Assembly: GCA_051003195.1 (NCBI GenBank)
Contig: JBPCLP010000024.1
Coordinates: 64,001 to 128,000 of the forward strand
DNA: 64,000 bases
Reading direction: 5' to 3'
DNA from: Candidatus Sumerlaeaceae bacterium
GTDB lineage: Bacteria > Sumerlaeota > Sumerlaeia > Sumerlaeales > Sumerlaeaceae
Positions within the stretch are counted from its first letter, which is position 1, and each line of letters begins with the position of its first letter. The notes under the pieces are model-generated. The model searched no databases, was not told where the DNA came from, and saw nothing but the letters and a program-made list of their open reading frames with translations. This document shows, piece by piece, positions 41,040 to 50,273 of this stretch. The position numbers and the translations under genes are program-made.

Positions 41040-41663
41040 GTGCAGGCGGTGCAGATGACCAGTTCCAGTAGTTCCATAGCTGTTCCCGCTGAAGATTCAT
41101 TAGCTGTCTGCTCCAACGCCGGAGCGCTCCTGAACGGACATTTCCAGCTTAGCTCCGGGCTGCATAGCTCCCAGTACTTCCAATGCGCAAAATTGCTCGA
41201 GGACCCTAAGACTGGTGAACTGGTGACCCGGGCTCTTGCTCCAATTTGTGCCAGGTGGAAGCCGCATACCGTGTTGTCCCCGGCATTAGGGGCAATCCTG
41301 TTCGGGTACGAACTTTCCCGGGCGCTGGGATGCAGAAACATTTTTTCGGAAAGGCCTGCTGGCAAGTTCGAATTAAGGCGTGGCTTCGAACTCGTGCCCG
41401 GCGAACGCGTAGTGTTGGCGGAAAACGTAGTGACCACCGGCGGGAGTGTTCTCGAAGTTGCGCAACTCGTGCGCGATCTCGGGGCTGAGGTCGTCGGATA
41501 CGCGGTCATTGTAGACCGCAGCGGTGGCAAATTCGCGCCCCCCGAGCCCGTTGCCGCCTATGCGTCCTTTACTGCTGAAGCTTATCCTCCATCGCAATGC
41601 CCCTTTTGCGCATCCGGATCACCACTGAACAAGCCGGGAAGCCGGCAGTTTCTTGCACCCTGA
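41040..41663 (+). CDS. pyrE: Orotate phosphoribosyltransferase
   Basis: Motifs GHFQLSSGLHS..YFQC, ENVVTTGGS (PRPP motif variant), VDRSGG. Confidence 0.92.
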   Translation: MQAVQMTSSSSSIAVPAEDSLAVCSNAGALLNGHFQLSSGLHSSQYFQCAKLLEDPKTGELVTRALAPICARWKPHTVLSPALGAILFGYELSRALGCRNIFSERPAGKFELRRGFELVPGERVVLAENVVTTGGSVLEVAQLVRDLGAEVVGYAVIVDRSGGKFAPPEPVAAYASFTAEAYPPSQCPFCASGSPLNKPGSRQFLAP

Positions 41664-41732
41664 GGCATCGCAGACGTAATGCGGAAAAATGGAAATAAGG
41701 TTTAATTATCAGAAGGCAATTGGAGAAGCCTG

Positions 41733-42698
41733 ATGGCAGAACGTAGTCCCGCGGTCATAAACGTACAGGACCTGGTCGTAGAATATAAAACCGGCCGGCA
41801 GCGAGTGCGTGCAGTCGACGGTATTACTTTCCAGGTGCAGCCCGGGGAATGCGTGGGCTTTATTGGTGCAAACGGCGCAGGCAAATCTTCCACCATCAAG
41901 ACCATGATGGGCTTTATGTTCCCGGCGCGAGGATCGGTTCAGATATTCGGCAGCCCCGCGGGGACAGTCGAGAGTCGCCGTCGCCTCGGATATTTGCCCG
42001 AAGTTGCGCTCTACTACCCATTTATGAAAGCCCGCGAGTTGTTGGAACTTTATGGGGGGTTGCACGGTCTCTCCCGTGCAGACTTAAAAGTGCGCATTCC
42101 CGCTTTGCTCGAAGAAGTCGGGCTTAAGGACAAAGGCGAGTTGCTCTTGAAAAACATTTCCAAGGGTATGCAGCAGCGCGTCGGCATTGCACAGGCCATC
42201 ATAGCAGATCCGGAAGCCATGATCTTTGACGAGCTATCCAGCGGGCTGGACCCCGTCGGGCGGTTCGACCTGCGCGAAGTTCTTCTGAAGCTCAAAGCGC
42301 GTGGCCGTACTATCTTCTTCAGTTCGCACGAACTGTCTGAGGTCGAATCGTTGTGCGACCGTGTCATCATGATTCACCAGGGCCGTATCATATCCCAGGC
42401 AACCGTTCCAGAACTTATGAAGCCTCTGAACGAATTCGAAATTGCTTACCGATTACCCGCAGGCGTCGCACAGCCAGCCGGGCTTTCTAAATTCTCGCCT
42501 GAGCCAGACGGAGATCAGCATCGGCTGCGTCTAAAAAACGTGCAGGACTACGCGCAAGCCATTGCAGCCCTTGCCTCAAGTGGTGCCACCGTGCTCAACA
42601 CATCCTCGCGAACACAGTCACTGGAAGATTACTTTATTTCGCTCGTCCGTTTGCAAACACGGTCCTCTGCTGGCGTGGACGGAGCTCTTCCGCATTGA
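41733..42698 (+). CDS. ABC transporter ATP-binding protein
   Basis: Motifs GANGAGKSS, ISKGMQQR, DELSSGLDPVGR, SSH. Confidence 0.92.
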   Translation: MAERSPAVINVQDLVVEYKTGRQRVRAVDGITFQVQPGECVGFIGANGAGKSSTIKTMMGFMFPARGSVQIFGSPAGTVESRRRLGYLPEVALYYPFMKARELLELYGGLHGLSRADLKVRIPALLEEVGLKDKGELLLKNISKGMQQRVGIAQAIIADPEAMIFDELSSGLDPVGRFDLREVLLKLKARGRTIFFSSHELSEVESLCDRVIMIHQGRIISQATVPELMKPLNEFEIAYRLPAGVAQPAGLSKFSPEPDGDQHRLRLKNVQDYAQAIAALASSGATVLNTSSRTQSLEDYFISLVRLQTRSSAGVDGALPH

Positions 42699-43471
42699 CG
42701 AAAACATGGCTGATCGCCCGCACCGTCCTCCTGGAAGCTATTCGCAGGAAAGAAGTATTCGCGATCGTGCTTGTCTCCGTTTTGCTCATCGGTTCTCTCA
42801 TGACAGTTAACTTCTTCAAGCTCGAGGGGCTCTCAAAGTTTTATCGCGAGATGGGCCTGAAAATCATGAGTATTGCGACTGCGCTTACAGTCGTGGTGCT
42901 TGCCGCTCGTCAGTTGCCCCGCGAGTTCGATGCGCGTACCATTTATCCGCTTCTCGCGAAGCCCGTCAGCCGATTCAATTTTCTCGTTGGCAAGATGGCA
43001 GGAGTTATGCTCGCCGCCGCATTCTGCCTTGGGCTTTTCATGATCGTGTTTGTTGTCGGTTCTTACTGGCTTCGCGGGTCCATTCACTGGGTGCTGCTCG
43101 CTCAGTTTATTTACCTTCAGATGCTCATGATGCTCATACTTGCCACACTAAGCTTCTGGCTTTCACTGCTGGTCAACCTGGATGCAGCAATCACGGTGGG
43201 TATTATGTTTTACTTTATGTCCTCGGTCATTACTTCCGCGACCACTTATCTTTATGCCACGGCGACAGCATTCGGGCAGTTCGGTTTGCGTGTCCTGACA
43301 TGGCTGTTGCCGCAGCTCACTCTTTTTGACCTGACCGAGAAAGTGGTACATTCCGAAGCGTGGGAACCGTTGAGTACCGGCATTCTTGCTCAGCTCACCG
43401 TCTATGGATCTGTCTTTGCTCTGGTCTACCTCTCGCTCGCACTGCTCTGGTTCCGCAGGAGACCGCTCTGA
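42695..43471 (+). CDS. ABC-2 type permease (PilI-like)
   Basis: Motifs LEAIRRK and EFDARTIYPLLAKPVSR..FLVGK. Confidence 0.85.
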   Translation: MTKTWLIARTVLLEAIRRKEVFAIVLVSVLLIGSLMTVNFFKLEGLSKFYREMGLKIMSIATALTVVVLAARQLPREFDARTIYPLLAKPVSRFNFLVGKMAGVMLAAAFCLGLFMIVFVVGSYWLRGSIHWVLLAQFIYLQMLMMLILATLSFWLSLLVNLDAAITVGIMFYFMSSVITSATTYLYATATAFGQFGLRVLTWLLPQLTLFDLTEKVVHSEAWEPLSTGILAQLTVYGSVFALVYLSLALLWFRRRPL

Positions 43472-44274
43472 TGTCACTCGCTGGCGCGCCCACCCATTCA
43501 GCTCCCCGTTCTGCTGTCGGCTTGTTAATCAACTCCGTCTTTCTCGAGAACATACGACGTCGTGAATTCTACGTACTCTTGCTTTTCATGGGATTGTTTT
43601 TGCTCGGTGCGATCGTGGTGCGAATCGTCGGGATTGAGAATGCCGCCACGGCTAATTTTCTGTTGAATCTCGGCCTCACGCTTGCATTCGGATTCGCTAA
43701 ACTCATTACGCTGCTTACAGCCGCTCGGCAGTTCCCGGACGAAATGGAGCAGCGAACTTTGTATCCGCTGCTCGCCAAGCCCCTATCCCGAAGTGACTAC
43801 ATCATTGGTAAATGGGCAGCCTCGGTGCTGACAGGTCTTGTCACACTTGCGGTTTTATTTCTCATGGCGTATATCCCGGTACCCAGGCTGGAACAATACT
43901 CCCCGACCTGCCTTTTGCAGATGCTACTTCTTGAGGTCACCTCCATTGCTATGCTTGCAGCGCTGGCAATCCTGTTCTCTCTCCTGTTGCCGAAAGCATT
44001 TAATCTCGTCCTGTTGGTGCTGACCGTGCTCGCAGGTGGGCGTTTGCTCGCGCTTATACGAAATCGATTTATGGATTCGCCGGCTTATGACGTGGTTCGC
44101 TGGATCACCGGCTATTTTCCCGATTTCAGTCGTCTTGATCTGCTGTTGCGATACACCGACGGCCTGCCCGCACTCAGCGCACCCGAGATGCTGCTGCGCA
44201 TCTTCTATGCGGTCGCATTCACTGCCTTTCCCCTCGCCATCGCCGCCCGGCTTCTGCAAAGCAGGCCGCTGTGA
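43471..44274 (+). CDS. ABC-2 type permease (PilI-like), second copy
   Basis: Motifs LENIRRR and EMEQRTLYPLLAKPLSR...GKW; TGATG coupling with the upstream permease. Confidence 0.85.
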   Translation: MSLAGAPTHSAPRSAVGLLINSVFLENIRRREFYVLLLFMGLFLLGAIVVRIVGIENAATANFLLNLGLTLAFGFAKLITLLTAARQFPDEMEQRTLYPLLAKPLSRSDYIIGKWAASVLTGLVTLAVLFLMAYIPVPRLEQYSPTCLLQMLLLEVTSIAMLAALAILFSLLLPKAFNLVLLVLTVLAGGRLLALIRNRFMDSPAYDVVRWITGYFPDFSRLDLLLRYTDGLPALSAPEMLLRIFYAVAFTAFPLAIAARLLQSRPL

Positions 44275-45437
44275 TGCCAAACTCACCGCGCCTTAACATG
44301 GGGCTGCTGCTCACCGGAGTCCTCTTCCTTGCGGTTCCGGCGACGACCTGGGTGCAGGGCGACTCGCTTGCTGCTGCAATGCCGCGCTCTGTAACTGCTC
44401 AGGCAATGCAACAGCGCAATCAAAGTGCTTTCGCTGTTATCCTGGGGGAGTTCCGAACAAATCTCAGCGATTTAATCTTTATCAAAACCGAGCGTTACCT
44501 GGACAGCGGAATCGCATACGCGCCGCACATTGATGCCGGCGAATTGGAGAGATCGGGCAAAGCCGTGCATTCGAAGCACGACGAGCACGAAGAAGATGGT
44601 CATGCTCACAAACATGAGGCTCACGAGCACGGGCAGAAATCCCACGCAGGGCATGCAAAACACGACCATGATTCAACACATAAGCACCACGAACACACTA
44701 CCCACGAAGAAGATGATGCTTCGACGGCGATCACGACCGACGACCACCAGACATCTCTGGATCAGCGTCTTGCTACTCCGCAGATGTCTGAGACCGCCCA
44801 CATCAAACCCGGGAGTGCAGTCTCGGAACCAGGCCACGAGTACGTTCCCACCATCATTATGACCGCCGATAAAGATTTCCGCGGTTTTCTGGGTAACCTC
44901 GAAAGAAACGTAAAGCCGTGGCGGCACCCCAGCGAAGGGCACAAGCACACCGCCGGCACCGAATTACTTCCCTGGTACCGCCTTGCCACCTACAGCAATC
45001 CTAACAATGTTCGCATGTACATGATTGGCGCATGGTGGCTGAAAACACTCAAGCAGCGTCCGCAGGTTGAAGAAGCGCTGAAGTTTCTCGAGGAGGGCAT
45101 TTCACACAATCCCAATTCCTTCCAGCTTTACCTGATGCGTGGCTATATTCTGCGGCAGTTGGAACGGCACCAGGACGCCTTGAAATCTTTTCATACCGCT
45201 GTGGAAACAGGGCTGAAAACGCGTCCCGCGAATCCCGGTTCTGCGCCCATGACCTGGAACGACGACCTCGAAGAGGAACTACAAAGTGCCATGGTGATGG
45301 AAATACTTAGCATTCGCGATTTTCAGAGCACGTCTTCCGCGCTCCAGGTTGCCCGCGATTACTCGGCAAAGTTTTCACCACCGAACTCTGTCAACCGTCT
45401 AAAACACGAGCTGGAACAGCAATTACCCGGGAATTAA
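44271..45437 (+). CDS. Membrane-anchored TPR protein with His-rich insert
   Basis: N-terminal TM; LGEFRTNLSDLIFIK; 17 His in 46 aa; ELLPWYRLAT..NP; TPR-like EALKFLEEGISHNP. Confidence 0.75.
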   Translation: MMPNSPRLNMGLLLTGVLFLAVPATTWVQGDSLAAAMPRSVTAQAMQQRNQSAFAVILGEFRTNLSDLIFIKTERYLDSGIAYAPHIDAGELERSGKAVHSKHDEHEEDGHAHKHEAHEHGQKSHAGHAKHDHDSTHKHHEHTTHEEDDASTAITTDDHQTSLDQRLATPQMSETAHIKPGSAVSEPGHEYVPTIIMTADKDFRGFLGNLERNVKPWRHPSEGHKHTAGTELLPWYRLATYSNPNNVRMYMIGAWWLKTLKQRPQVEEALKFLEEGISHNPNSFQLYLMRGYILRQLERHQDALKSFHTAVETGLKTRPANPGSAPMTWNDDLEEELQSAMVMEILSIRDFQSTSSALQVARDYSAKFSPPNSVNRLKHELEQQLPGN

Positions 45438-45518
45438 TCAGGCCGTAGGCCGGACTCTCAGCCCGGCACAAACCACTTCATTAACAGCCTGATTGCTCAA
45501 ACATCCAACGCCCAAACG

Positions 45519-45881
45519 CTACACAGACATGTTTCCGCAGCGCGGGCATGTCATCAGTCCCTGCGTCGGCGCACCGCAAAGCTTGCAGCGCGCATCCGGC
45601 CCCGCGGATGTCGCGTGTTTTCGCAGCACCCGCTCCAGCTCCAGGTCGCGATCTTTAGTACGCGACAGCCACTGCCTCTTGATCTCGCCGGTTTCCGTCT
45701 GCGATTTATCGTTCGCAATTACGCGTGCGAAGTGGTTTCGGTACTCGACGAGAAAAGCGGCCAGGTCGATCACATACTGTGTAAAGATTTCATCGTCTTT
45801 AAACACGTTGGCATTTCGCTTCAGGATGTCCATCAGCTCTTCGCGCGTGTACTTTTGTTTGCCCTTCATAAAACCGCTCAT
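45519..45881 (-). CDS. Hypothetical protein with C-terminal zinc ribbon
   Basis: CKLCG...CPRCG; starts 4 nt after the hisB stop. Confidence 0.65.
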   Translation of the reverse strand: MSGFMKGKQKYTREELMDILKRNANVFKDDEIFTQYVIDLAAFLVEYRNHFARVIANDKSQTETGEIKRQWLSRTKDRDLELERVLRKHATSAGPDARCKLCGAPTQGLMTCPRCGNMSV

Positions 45882-45885
45882 TGCG

Positions 45886-46572
45886 CTAAAGCTTCCCCTT
45901 CGTCGAGAGCACGCCCTTGATGCGTGGATTCTTTGTAACAGCTTTGCCAAGAGCGCGACCAACCGCCTTGAACATAGCTTCCACAACGTGATGTAAATTC
46001 CCGCCGGCCGTCAGCAAAGCCAGGTGCATGGTAATGCCTGCATTGTATGCAAAAGCGCGGAAGAACTCCTCGGCAAGCTCCGCATCGAATTCGCCGATTT
46101 TTGCTTTCGGCAGTTGCGCATCGTAGCGCAGGAACGGTCGGTTGCACAGGTCCAGTACACACCTGGCCAGCGACTCCTCCATTGGTACGTACGCCTCACC
46201 ATATCTCTCTATGCCTGCGCGGTCACCCAGCGCGGCTTTCAGCGCCTGCCCGAGCACGATACCGACGTCCTCAACCGTGTGATGCGCGTCGATGTGGACA
46301 TCGCCCGTTCCTTCGAGTTCCATATCGATCAACGAGTGCTTTGCCAGCAGGTCCAGCATATGGGCAAAGAATGGCACTGGGACAGAGCAACTGCACAAGC
46401 CGCTGCCATCCAGGTTGAGACGCACGCGAATCTGTGTTTCCTTCGTCTCCCGGCGCACATCTGCCTGCCGGGTGCCTGCATTAACGATGGGACTGCACTG
46501 CTTGTCCGGATTAGCAACAGCGCTTGCGCCGCGTTCAGCGGTTTTTATTAAGGTCTTGTTCGATTTCGGCAT
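45886..46572 (-). CDS. hisB: Imidazoleglycerol-phosphate dehydratase
   Basis: Motifs RETKETQI, HMLDLL, DAHHTVEDVG, NLHHVVEAMFKA, STKGKL. Confidence 0.97.
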   Translation of the reverse strand: MPKSNKTLIKTAERGASAVANPDKQCSPIVNAGTRQADVRRETKETQIRVRLNLDGSGLCSCSVPVPFFAHMLDLLAKHSLIDMELEGTGDVHIDAHHTVEDVGIVLGQALKAALGDRAGIERYGEAYVPMEESLARCVLDLCNRPFLRYDAQLPKAKIGEFDAELAEEFFRAFAYNAGITMHLALLTAGGNLHHVVEAMFKAVGRALGKAVTKNPRIKGVLSTKGKL

Positions 46573-46805
46573 CAGGTGGGCTTGTAAGTGTTTCCTCAAG
46601 CTCGCCGTTCTTCCCGTCACACGCAACCGAAAAAAGAATTTCCTCTACTTCGGCAGCCATTCCGCTGCCCGCTGCAACGTTGCCGCATGGGGCGGGTTGC
46701 TCGCAACAGCCCAGTCGTAGCTTGGTTTTCCTGGGTGTGTTCATGCGGGTACTCTCAGGCGACTTACATTCCACCTCAACATCCAAATGTTACTGGAAAG
46801 TCGTG

Positions 46806-48008
46806 ATGGAACTGAAACGATGCGCGGCAATGCAAGCCAAAGAACATCGTTTTGTCGAACTCGCAACGCTTTTCCTCAAGCTGGGCGTGATTGGATTCGG
46901 CGGTCCCGCAGCCCACATCAGCATGATGGAACACGAAGTTGTCCGCCGCCGGCAATGGATGACCAGCCAGGAATTTCTTGATGCGATCGGCGCCGCAAAT
47001 CTCATCCCGGGGCCTACATCTACGGAACTTGTTCTATATATTGGCTGGCTTCGGGCCGGCCTCCGCGGGTTGCTGGTTGCCGGTTTCTGTTTTATCACTC
47101 CCGCCGCGCTGCTGTCCATTCTGTTCGCTTACTTGTATGTGCGTTACGGCACCCTGCCTTCATTGCAGCCCGCGCTTCACGGTATCCAGGCAGCCGTGTT
47201 GGCCATCATTGCAGCTGCGGGCTGGCAGCTTGCACGCACCGCCGCACGAAATGTTTCATTAGTCGCAATTGGCTGTATCGTTGCCGCCGCTGCAGCATTC
47301 GGACTCAGCGAAATCTGGGCGCTATTGATTGGCGGTATTTGCGGAATGCTGTGGCTGGCACTTCACACGAAGGCCGCCGCCTCTAAAGTAACCGGGGTGT
47401 TCGTTGCCGCCATGGTAATCATGAATCCCCGTACTCTCATTGCTGCGGCCACCGCATCCGCTGCATCCATCCCATTGCACGCGGCTGTCACGGTACCCCT
47501 GGTTAAGTTGTTCCTCTACTTCTTGATGGTCGGAAGTGTTCTGTATGGCAGCGGTTACGTGCTGATCGCGTTCCTGGAGGGCTGGCTGGTAAACGAGACT
47601 CACCTGCTGACACGCCGGCAGCTTCTGGATGCTGTCGCCGTAGGTCAATTTACTCCCGGACCAGTTTCGACTACCGCAACCTTCATCGGGTATCTTCTAT
47701 ATCGCTGGTCGGGCGCTGTGGCATGCACGCTTGGTATTTTTCTGCCGTCATTTATCCTTGTCGGACTTCTGAGTCGCTACGTCCCAAAGCTGCGCAGCAG
47801 CTCCTGGACTTCTCACTTCCTGGATTCAATCAATGCGGGCGCGGTTGGCCTTATCCTGCTGGTGACCGCACGCCTTGGCTCGGAAAATATCACCAACTGG
47901 AGACCCGCAGTTATCGCTCTCGCCAGCCTTACAGCTCTCCTCGCGTTTCGATTAAACGCAACATGGCTGGTACTCGGTGGAGCACTGATCGGCTATATCT
48001 GGCTATGA
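46806..48008 (+). CDS. chrA: Chromate efflux transporter (CHR family)
   Basis: Motifs FLKLG.IGFGGPAAHI, IPGPTSTE, GSVLYGSGY, GQFTPGP. Confidence 0.92.
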   Translation: MELKRCAAMQAKEHRFVELATLFLKLGVIGFGGPAAHISMMEHEVVRRRQWMTSQEFLDAIGAANLIPGPTSTELVLYIGWLRAGLRGLLVAGFCFITPAALLSILFAYLYVRYGTLPSLQPALHGIQAAVLAIIAAAGWQLARTAARNVSLVAIGCIVAAAAAFGLSEIWALLIGGICGMLWLALHTKAAASKVTGVFVAAMVIMNPRTLIAAATASAASIPLHAAVTVPLVKLFLYFLMVGSVLYGSGYVLIAFLEGWLVNETHLLTRRQLLDAVAVGQFTPGPVSTTATFIGYLLYRWSGAVACTLGIFLPSFILVGLLSRYVPKLRSSSWTSHFLDSINAGAVGLILLVTARLGSENITNWRPAVIALASLTALLAFRLNATWLVLGGALIGYIWL

Positions 48009-49426
48009 ACAACCGACATTACGTAGTGGTGATAATGCTGCTGGCCGTGGCGTTACCGCAGTTGTATCTCTGGCGCTGGACCGTCGATGACGCGTTCATT
48101 TCTTTTCGCTACCTGGCCAACCTGGCAAGCGGCTACGGACTCGTGTTCAATCCCGGCGAAAGAGTGGAAGGATTTTCTCACCCGCTGTGGATGATTCTCC
48201 TTTCTCCAGCCGCGTTCATTTCGCGCTTCGCGCTCATTACATGGGCGAAGCTCCTCGGGCTCGTATGCACCCTCGGCACCGGCATTTGTCTCCTCCGCAT
48301 GCTTCGCCGGAGTGTCGCAGCGCCTGCCGCAATAGTCGCGGGACTCCTGCTATGGCACCTGTCGCCCGGAACACACATCTACGCAACCTGTGGACTGGAA
48401 ACGCCTTTGCTCGCTCTATTGCTCACATGGGCTTTGGAGCGCTCCGCCGTAAACGCCCCACCCTGGCAACCCGCCATGCTCGTCGGCCTGGCGGCAATCC
48501 TCCGTCCGGAAGCGCCTCTTTATGCAATCGCGTGGCTGCTCACGTGCCGGCAAAGCAAAACCGCGATACGAGCACCCGCCCTGGTTCTTCTACTGATCCC
48601 TGCCATCGCCTGGGAAATCTTCCGAATCGCCTATTACGACGCCTGGCTGCCAAACACGTTCTTCGCAAAGCCGCCCGGTACGTTTGGCGGTAAATTCGGG
48701 GTTCAATACATGCTGCCATTGCTCGCAGCCTGCAGCCTGCCACTCGTGGTGCTCGCCCATCCCAGTGACAAGCCTCAGGTACGCCTCGCCGGCGCCTGGT
48801 GCATCGCCGCTCTCGTGTTTGTTGCATACACCCAGGGCGATTGGATGCCGTTCTGGCGCTTCCTGGTTCCCGTGTGGCCCGCTGCGCTGTTGCAGCTCGC
48901 CGTCGGCATCGATGTGCTGCACCGCAAAGGCATTCCTGTCCGACGTCTCGTCGTCGCTTGCGTGGTAATTGGGGTGCTGCTGCAAAGCACGCAGCTGCCG
49001 TCTTTGCTTCGCGGAGACGGATTGTACGACCTCATGCGCGGCACTCATCAGATGAAAGGCGGTCAATGGCTGGCTGAACACATCAAACCCGGCGAATCCG
49101 CGGCGACGGTAAGGCTGGGAGCTCTTGCATGGCAAGTTCCAGTCAATCCGGTGCACGACATCGCGGGGCTTACTGACCGCACCGCCGCACGCCACCTGTG
49201 GCAAAACCACGGTTCAATTGCCTGGAAGACGCACCCGCTCGCAAAAGATCCGCCCAGCTGGATCGCCGCCGTATCGCTGGACGGACAAATTGCCTACCAT
49301 GGCGACGCGGACCTCACGCGCGATCTGGCTGATAACTATGATCTTGTGGGCCAGGTGGCACAAGGCCCTGGCGCAGAATGGCATTTCTTTCACCGCAAAA
49401 CAGCCTCTGCTTCACGCCCACCGTAG
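48005..49426 (+). CDS. GT-C-like membrane glycosyltransferase (AftB-like)
   Basis: Motifs DDAFISFRY..NL..G.GLVFNPGERVEGFSHPLW, RPE, LPNTFFAK, GDWMP..RFLVP. ATG overlaps the chrA stop. Confidence 0.75.
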   Translation: MNNRHYVVVIMLLAVALPQLYLWRWTVDDAFISFRYLANLASGYGLVFNPGERVEGFSHPLWMILLSPAAFISRFALITWAKLLGLVCTLGTGICLLRMLRRSVAAPAAIVAGLLLWHLSPGTHIYATCGLETPLLALLLTWALERSAVNAPPWQPAMLVGLAAILRPEAPLYAIAWLLTCRQSKTAIRAPALVLLLIPAIAWEIFRIAYYDAWLPNTFFAKPPGTFGGKFGVQYMLPLLAACSLPLVVLAHPSDKPQVRLAGAWCIAALVFVAYTQGDWMPFWRFLVPVWPAALLQLAVGIDVLHRKGIPVRRLVVACVVIGVLLQSTQLPSLLRGDGLYDLMRGTHQMKGGQWLAEHIKPGESAATVRLGALAWQVPVNPVHDIAGLTDRTAARHLWQNHGSIAWKTHPLAKDPPSWIAAVSLDGQIAYHGDADLTRDLADNYDLVGQVAQGPGAEWHFFHRKTASASRPP

Positions 49427-49561
49427 TATGCAGTCTCAGAGTGCGACACCGCGTGCCGCACCATACAACCCGGATAATTCCTTTTACGCATCGCCTGCGA
49501 ATTTGCCAGGCGTCGGAAGGGTTCCGGTGCTGCGTCCAGAACTACAGAATGGAGTCTCGAC

Positions 49562-49612
49562 GCGAAGCAAGCTTCGCTACCCAAAGCGGCGGCAAGCCGC
49601 GCGCACTCCAAA
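49562..49612 (-). repeat. Two adjacent REP-like palindromes
   Basis: Minus strand GTAGCGAAGC-tt-GCTTCGC (49562-49580) and TTTGGAGTGCGCGCGGCTTGCCGCCGCTTTGG (49581-49612). Confidence 0.6.
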
Positions 49613-49630
49613 ATCCAACTCCGAGCCTCC

Positions 49631-49752
49631 TTAATCAAAATTAATCAAACCTAATCAAAACTAATCAAAGAATTGCCGTCGCTCGTTGGCATTTCACGAT
49701 TTAAATCAAACAGGCCAAATGGGGTAATTTCGCCCTTTGATTTCCGTAATGT
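49631..49752 (+). repeat. Repeat unit 1: four tandem 10-mers (YTAATCAAAN), GGTAATTTCGCC core, inverted TTTGATT
   Basis: ttaatcaaaa ttaatcaaac ctaatcaaaa ctaatcaaag (49631-49670), a fifth aatcaaa at 49704-49710, core at 49723-49734. Confidence 0.85.
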
Positions 49753-49840
49753 TCAGATAATACGGCGGCACGCGCTCCAATTGCTCGGCAGCAAGGACGG
49801 CGGGTTGCGTTGTCCGGATCATCAAAATGTCTCCTTTCTG

Positions 49841-49889
49841 CTTTCAAGTTCAAGTTGGTAATTTCGCCACTTGAATAGCGGTAATGTTT
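49841..49889 (+). repeat. Repeat unit 2 (left inverted repeat): TTCAAG x2, GGTAATTTCGCC core, inverted CTTGAA
   Basis: ctttcaagttcaagttggtaatttcgccacttgaatagcggtaatg; 49857-49875 is the exact reverse complement of 57703-57721. Confidence 0.85.
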
Positions 49890-49996
49890 CTGTAAGGTTT
49901 CGCTCCTGTTGGAGTTTGTCTGCTTCCGCTCGGGGTGTCTTCTGGCGGAGTTGGGCCGGGCTGTTGCCTTCGGTAATTTGCTGGAACCCGTCAGCC

Positions 49997-50019
49997 ACAG
50001 GCGAGACGCCTGCGCCACT
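49997..50019 (-). repeat. REP-like palindrome (GTGG-type)
   Basis: Minus strand AGTGGCGCAGGCGTCTCGCCTG with CAGGCG/CGCCTG stem. Confidence 0.55.
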
Positions 50020-50181
50020 CGGGCTGCTTTCGGGGTCGTGAAACTGCGTTTGTTTTATCATCATGAGGACCTGTGTAGCACAGGCTTTTGGACAATGGTA
50101 TTCCCACACGTCCGCTTATAGACCCTTCCGGCTACCTAAAGTGCAGGGGTTTCGGCACCAGTCGCCGGGCAGCCGTGGCCA

Positions 50182-50213
50182 TGAAAAGAAACTGATCGGG
50201 AGCGGACCCCAAA
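50182..50213 (+). repeat. Direct repeat copy A upstream of the HExxH gene
   Basis: tgaaaagaaactgatcgggagcggaccccaaa, about 28/32 identical to 51521-51551. Confidence 0.75.
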
Positions 50214-50273
50214 TCTCGATGCTACTTAGTAAGTCCCTTGCAATGCACCAAGGCCTCTGCTCCAATACCGCGC

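Noticed and set aside
49631..49670. CRISPR array
   Set aside because: 10-bp tandem units with no spacers and no cas genes.
49701..50121. Short ORFs in the left island border
   Set aside because: They overlap REP and iteron repeats, with no RBS or domain evidence.
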